The notes beneath the pieces are model-generated. The model did no database searches. It was not told the origin of the DNA and worked only from the letters and a program-made list of their open reading frames with translations. From assembly GCA_965649765.1 (NCBI GenBank), contig OZ287753.1:62930001-62994000 (forward strand): 64,000 bases of DNA, written 5' to 3'. Position 1 is the stretch's first letter. Every line of letters begins with the position of its first letter. The DNA comes from Bispira polyomma (taxonomy: Eukaryota). Shown piece after piece: positions 57,401 to 63,400 of this stretch. Made by a program: the position numbers and the translations under genes.

Positions 57401-60400
57401 ACAGCAGAACCTTTATTTTACGGACATCTTTCAACAGTCAGAATTTGTTTGGATAATAGAAGGTCCATAAAATAGAAGTGGCAGTTTAGTATAAAACAAT
57501 AGCAAAAAATAAGTTTGGGAGACTGAAATTGGGTTCATAATATTCAATATTCGGATACCAGAGGGTCAGATAATAGATGTTCTACTGGACTAACAGTGAG
57601 GTAAATTTGTTGAGGATGCTTATTCTTTGCCGTGTTGTTTGCAGATCTCTATATTTGCCACTGACTCCGGCTATCCTGCTAAAAATAGCTCCAACAAGGC
57701 AAGAGTCCAACTACGAGTGTTCAGGAACCGCAATGAGCCGCGGTTTTCAGCGACATCTTACACAGCAAAAGTTGAGGAAACGGTTGCCACAGGAACTGAG
57801 GTTATTGACCTGAATGCCAATGATGGAGATCCTAATGTAAGAGTTAATTAATCAGTAGATGTTCATTGTTTTCAATAGTATAGTTTATAATATACCGCAC
57901 TGCTCTTAGCTATTGTTTGTGCACAAAGAGTATCACACGGTAGATTACCTTTTTAGTGTACAATTTAATGTGTATGTGTTGCACCTATTTTTCAGTTAGT
58001 TGTTTTTTGGTTTGTTTATTGCACCCTTATTTTCAGTTGTATCATATTCAGTATTCACAAAGATGTTCAGTTTTGCAAAAACTAGAGGCTCATATATATA
58101 TATATCAAGAGACACTTTGGTTGATGATAATAATGTTTACATATTTACCAAGTCTAAAAACTATATTCTGTGAACATTTATGCTTGTTTGCAATCTTTTT
58201 GGATTTTGTGAATAATTAAAAGTATTCACTGAGAACAAATACTTGTCAAATGCTGCTGAAGCAGTCTAACATATGGGAGGATTTATTTTTCAAAATTTAA
58301 TGTATTGAATCTTTCTGTAAATAAACTTTGACAAGCGAACATGAATTTTAACTATAAAAATAGAATCCAAATTTATTTGCGGTAGGGTGTTTCTGATTTA
58401 ATTGGTCAGTCAACTCAAAATATTTGTTTGCTTTCATATTGCTCACACATATATAGATAATTGAACATCTTTGTGTAACAAGTCAAATAAAATATGTTTA
58501 CTTACTTTGTATTTTACTGGGTTTTTTTGTTTTTTTTGCTAATATTATTTTAACATGGTAAATGAAGCAATAATCAATCTGTAGTAGTTTTTCTGTAACA
58601 TACTTTTTATAGTTTTACATTTTATAATATTTTTGTTTTAAACTTTCTGTAAGTGTCTTTGTTTTAGATCTTGTTCTATTAGCTATTCATCAACATACTG
58701 GATTACCTGCAAGACATTAGTAAAAAACACTGAAGTTTACAATTTCAATGGTTTTTTCATTATTTGTGTCCTTTGACTTTTTAAAGATAAGTTATAATTT
58801 CCTAATTTGAAAGTGATTTATCCACAGTATTTGTTAACTAAGGGGTGAACGTATTATTTTTGTGCATGGCAGCATCCGTCCCCCAGGAATTGCTGTTTCT
58901 GATTATTTAAAAAAAAGTATTGCAGATATCATCACCAAAATATATATGGAGGTGTATTGGTCAGTAGCTTTCTTGGTATTGATTTTGGGTCCATTTCAAA
59001 ATACAAGATGGCCACCATCAGCAAGAAGCGTGAAAACTGTTTCTGCTCATTTAAAGAAAAACTATTATAGATATCATCACCAAATTATATATGGAGGTGT
59101 AATGGGTCAGTAGCTTGCTTGGTATTGATTTGGGGCCAGTTTAAATTAAATAAGATGGTTGACATCGGCAAAATCGTGAAAACGCTTTCTGCTCATTTAA
59201 AGAAGAACTATTGTAGATAATATCACTAAATTTTATATGTAGGTGGATTAGGTCAATAACTAACTCAGTTTCTCAGAACGAATGTCACTGTGCTGTCACG
59301 ATTACATCATGGTTATGGTCATAAAACTATTTTCACTTATTGAACCCGTCGAGTTGACCCAATTCTAGTATTGTATTGTTTTATATTGTGGATTTTAAAC
59401 ACATCATATTCATACCAGACATCTTCTAAAGTGAAACATCAGAATTGATAAAACCATAAATTATGTTCCTTCCATATATATAGCCAATTAGTCATGCATC
59501 ATCAGTAGCCAAGGGTATGTTCACATTTTGCTAAATGATGTTATCCCCTAATTACCATTATGGGTGTTATCGGGAGTTGAACTGGGGACCTTCTGATCAC
59601 CAAACTAGCTCTTTTTGTATAATAAATAATTGTTGTGTTTTTTTGCTCAAATACACTTAGTTTTATTCATTAGGTTTTATTTTGCTAATCTTCACCTTTT
59701 AGTTACACTAATGTTTCTGTATTTGTATCATATTTAATGCCCCCCACCCCACCCCACCACCACCATATTAGACCTTAAGTTGAATGAAAATAACTTTAAT
59801 ATGTGAGACATGACACAATCCATGTTAATCTTATGTATAGAATGAGCAACAAGAGAAAGACCAGGTTTGTACAGGAAGATGCCTGGAATTATATCCCTCA
59901 ATGTCTATGTTAACTGTTTATATAAACTAAGTGCTTCCTTGTATATCTCTGCTGTTTTAGTTTTATAAAGCCTTGTTATGTGTAGCGGGTTTATATATAT
60001 AATTATATATGCTTGTCATTGTATTTATTATGTAGGATAAATAGGAAAACAATTAAATAAATTTGCTACTTGCTGAATTAAGTATCATATGTCCATAGAA
60101 AATTAATAAATTCCTTGAAAAATTTTGATCTTGGAAAAGACTTTATGAATGATTACATCTATGCATGCAATTTAAGTAAGCTTACGATGCACTCAAAAAC
60201 ATTTTAATACCGGTATTTATATTTTGACATATTCTTCACCATAAAAGTACCTTTTAGAACTGATAACAATGTACCATAAACTACTTCATTATCATATATG
60301 ATGAGTTTGAAGTCACTTGCTGATGCCTGGTGGTTTACATAATCCAAATAGTATGCACTGCTTTACCCCACCAGTAAAACTTTCCCTCGTGATATGACCT

Positions 60401-63400
60401 ATACAATGTGTTGAAAGCGCTGTTAAACACCCAGTCAATCAATGCTTATTTATAAATGATAAACTGCATTTTGTAATTGCAGAAAAAAATTAAATTGACC
60501 TTTGGATAAATACATTATAGCATTAATTTAGAATGAGGTTGCTTAACGTTTATAAATTGTAACAAGGGCAATTAAAAGTAACTCAGCATATTGCTTATAT
60601 ATTTATTTTGTATTTATTTATTTATTTTGCGATAATGGGACTCATAGATTAGCAATGCTAATTGCTTTTAAAGTAGAGAATGTAGAAGTAGATTTAGTTG
60701 TACAGAGATAGCTATAATTTATATTTTATCACAGTCTTATTATTTACCAGAGTTCAAAAAACCTTGCTCTAGAAAATGCCATCAGCAGCATACATATATG
60801 TATGAAGTTCGAGAATTACAAATGTTAGCTAATTTCTATGATTTGATGTGTTTTCTCAAATGTTCATTGTTATATATAAGTTACAAGTGTTACTTCTAGT
60901 GAAGTGTAGAATTTTTTCTAAGTGTTATTTTTACTAATATAACAACCATTCATTGTAGTAGTATTGGGTAATTTAGACGAAAATTGGGCAGAGAGAATGA
61001 TGTAGGTTTTAAAATCTTATAAAGAGATATGAAAAGTGATGTACAATGTATATGGATGTCATGTACCAAGTCTGGTGTCTCCAACTCTCAGATCCTTGTT
61101 TCAGAAGCCGTTTAACACTCTGACCTATGAAATTATTGGGGATGGAACGGCTGCGAACTTCTTTGACATCAACAGTGAGGATGGCAAGATTACAGTGTCT
61201 CAAGACTTGCGGACAGAAAATGTGGAGTTTTACAATGTAACAACTTTCAATATTTCGTGTAATAGTACATACACTAATTTGTAGTGGGTAAATCGTTTGG
61301 GTTGATGTACATTGATATCAAACATAAAATTACTTCAATATCGGACGATATCGGGACATAGTAAGAAATTTGTTAAGAAACTAGGACGAATCTCAAAATA
61401 AAATACCTGCCTGAATAAAACTGGAAGTGAGAACCACTAAATATGTTTACAAATAGAAATGGTTATCAAATGGATTTTAATCATTGTTTAAAAGGTATTA
61501 AGCTTAAAATATCATTAAAATTTTAAAAAATGTTATCCCAAGGTGAAATATTTATGATATCAATGTGTTGGTATTCCAAGTCGATATCGGAACGCAAAAT
61601 ATTGCGTATATCGATAAACAATTTACCCACTACTAATTTGATATGTTTCATTGGATTGATGTTAGCAATACTTAAAATATTCAAAATGTGTTATAACTTT
61701 GATTTATTTCATTTAGTATTGCAGAGTTAATTTGCTATCTTTGATTATGTACATATTGTGTTAGACCTAAATTGCCTGGATCAAACTCTTTGGATAAAGT
61801 AGGAAACACTGAAAATTTTCTTTGATACATCAGTGCTTTATGGTAATAATCATCCTAATGCTATGCCATAAACTTTCCCTCTTTTTCTGAACATAAATAT
61901 TGTGTATGTTGTAATACTGTGTTATGGACATTTTAATACCTCCAGTAATATTTGTAGCTGAGGGTGAGAGTAAAAGATGGTGGAGTGCCAGCCAAAATGG
62001 ATATCACCATGGTGACAGTAGAAATCTTGAGGAATTTTTATGCCCCATTTTTCGATGTTGCCCAGTACAATGCGACTGTCTTAGAAACACAAGGACTTGG
62101 AGAGATGATTACAACTGTGTTAGCTAGGGACAATGATGAAAAGGTAAGAAGGCTACAAGGAGAGATTGTTACCACTGTGTTGGCCAGGGATCAAGATGAA
62201 AAGGTAAGCAGGTTACAAGGAGAGATTGTTACCACTGTGTTAGCCAGGGACAATGATGAAAAGGTAAGGAGGTTACAAGGAGAGATGGTTACAACTGTGT
62301 TAGCCAGGCACAACGATGAAAAGGTAAGGAGGTTATAAGGACTCTAAGAGATAGTTACCACTGTGTTAGCCAGGGACAGAGATGAAAAGGTAAGCAGGTT
62401 ACAAGGACTCAGAGAGATGGTTGCAACTGTGTAAGTCAGGAACAATGGTGAAAAGGTAAGCAGGTTACAAGTTCTAGACTCTGATATATATAGTTTTGCA
62501 GTGGAGAATCGCTTACATTGGCTGCCATTCAATGAAACGAGTAAGGTGATTCTTTTGTTAAATACATTTAAATGATCATTTAAATTTGGAACCTCTTTCT
62601 AGTTACTTTAAAAAATTATTAAAATGAAACAGTGTTGTTATAAAACAAGAATAGGTTTCTGTGAAGAGTTTCACATAGTTTAAATTATGAGTTATCCACA
62701 AAACAATATGTTGCAGTTCTATGTTCTAGTAATGAACTATAAAGGTAACATCAACAAAAATGTAATACATGACAGAAGTAAATATGGCTCCTGTGTTATG
62801 TATGTGGTTCCAGCTTTCACAAGTGAAATACAGTTTTATAATGCCAATATTATTGGTAGATTTAAGAAGTATAGTCAAAATAAATTTCAATGTAATGAAT
62901 TTTTTATCTTAGTTTTACATCTAGTGTTGCCCTGAAATTTATTTAGATTGCAAATTGCATTATCATCTTTTCTGTGACTGTAGTACCTTTTGGGGATTAT
63001 TTTATTAAATGTCTTGTATAATTTACAAAACCTTATGTTATCAGTTTTTAATGATAACCTATGTTTTCCAGAGTCCTTATAGAGACTTTAAGTATGCCAT
63101 TCCAACCTATGTGAACCCGAAGATATTGGAGTATTTTGGTGTAGATGACACCTCAGGGGAAGTATACCTGAAGAAGTCCATGCTTGGGGATCCCCAGAGA
63201 CAGAAAACCTGGGGAGTATGTATTATTTGAAGTTCTGTATAAAAAGCCTGGGAAGCATGTAATTTTTGGAGTTATGTATAAAACAACCTGGGGAGTATGT
63301 ATTATTTGGAGTTCTATATAGTGTGCTTGTATACCATTCAAAGAAAAGATTAGTTGGTTGTATAATTTGATCACAGTAGTTCTATAACAACTCTGCTGTA

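Noticed and set aside
57837-61104. Hidden exon or nested gene in the 3.3-kb intron (ORFs 57956, 58862)
   Set aside because: Exons 43 and 44 join without a gap; the ORFs are low-complexity or derive from a ~145-bp internal repeat of an interspersed element.
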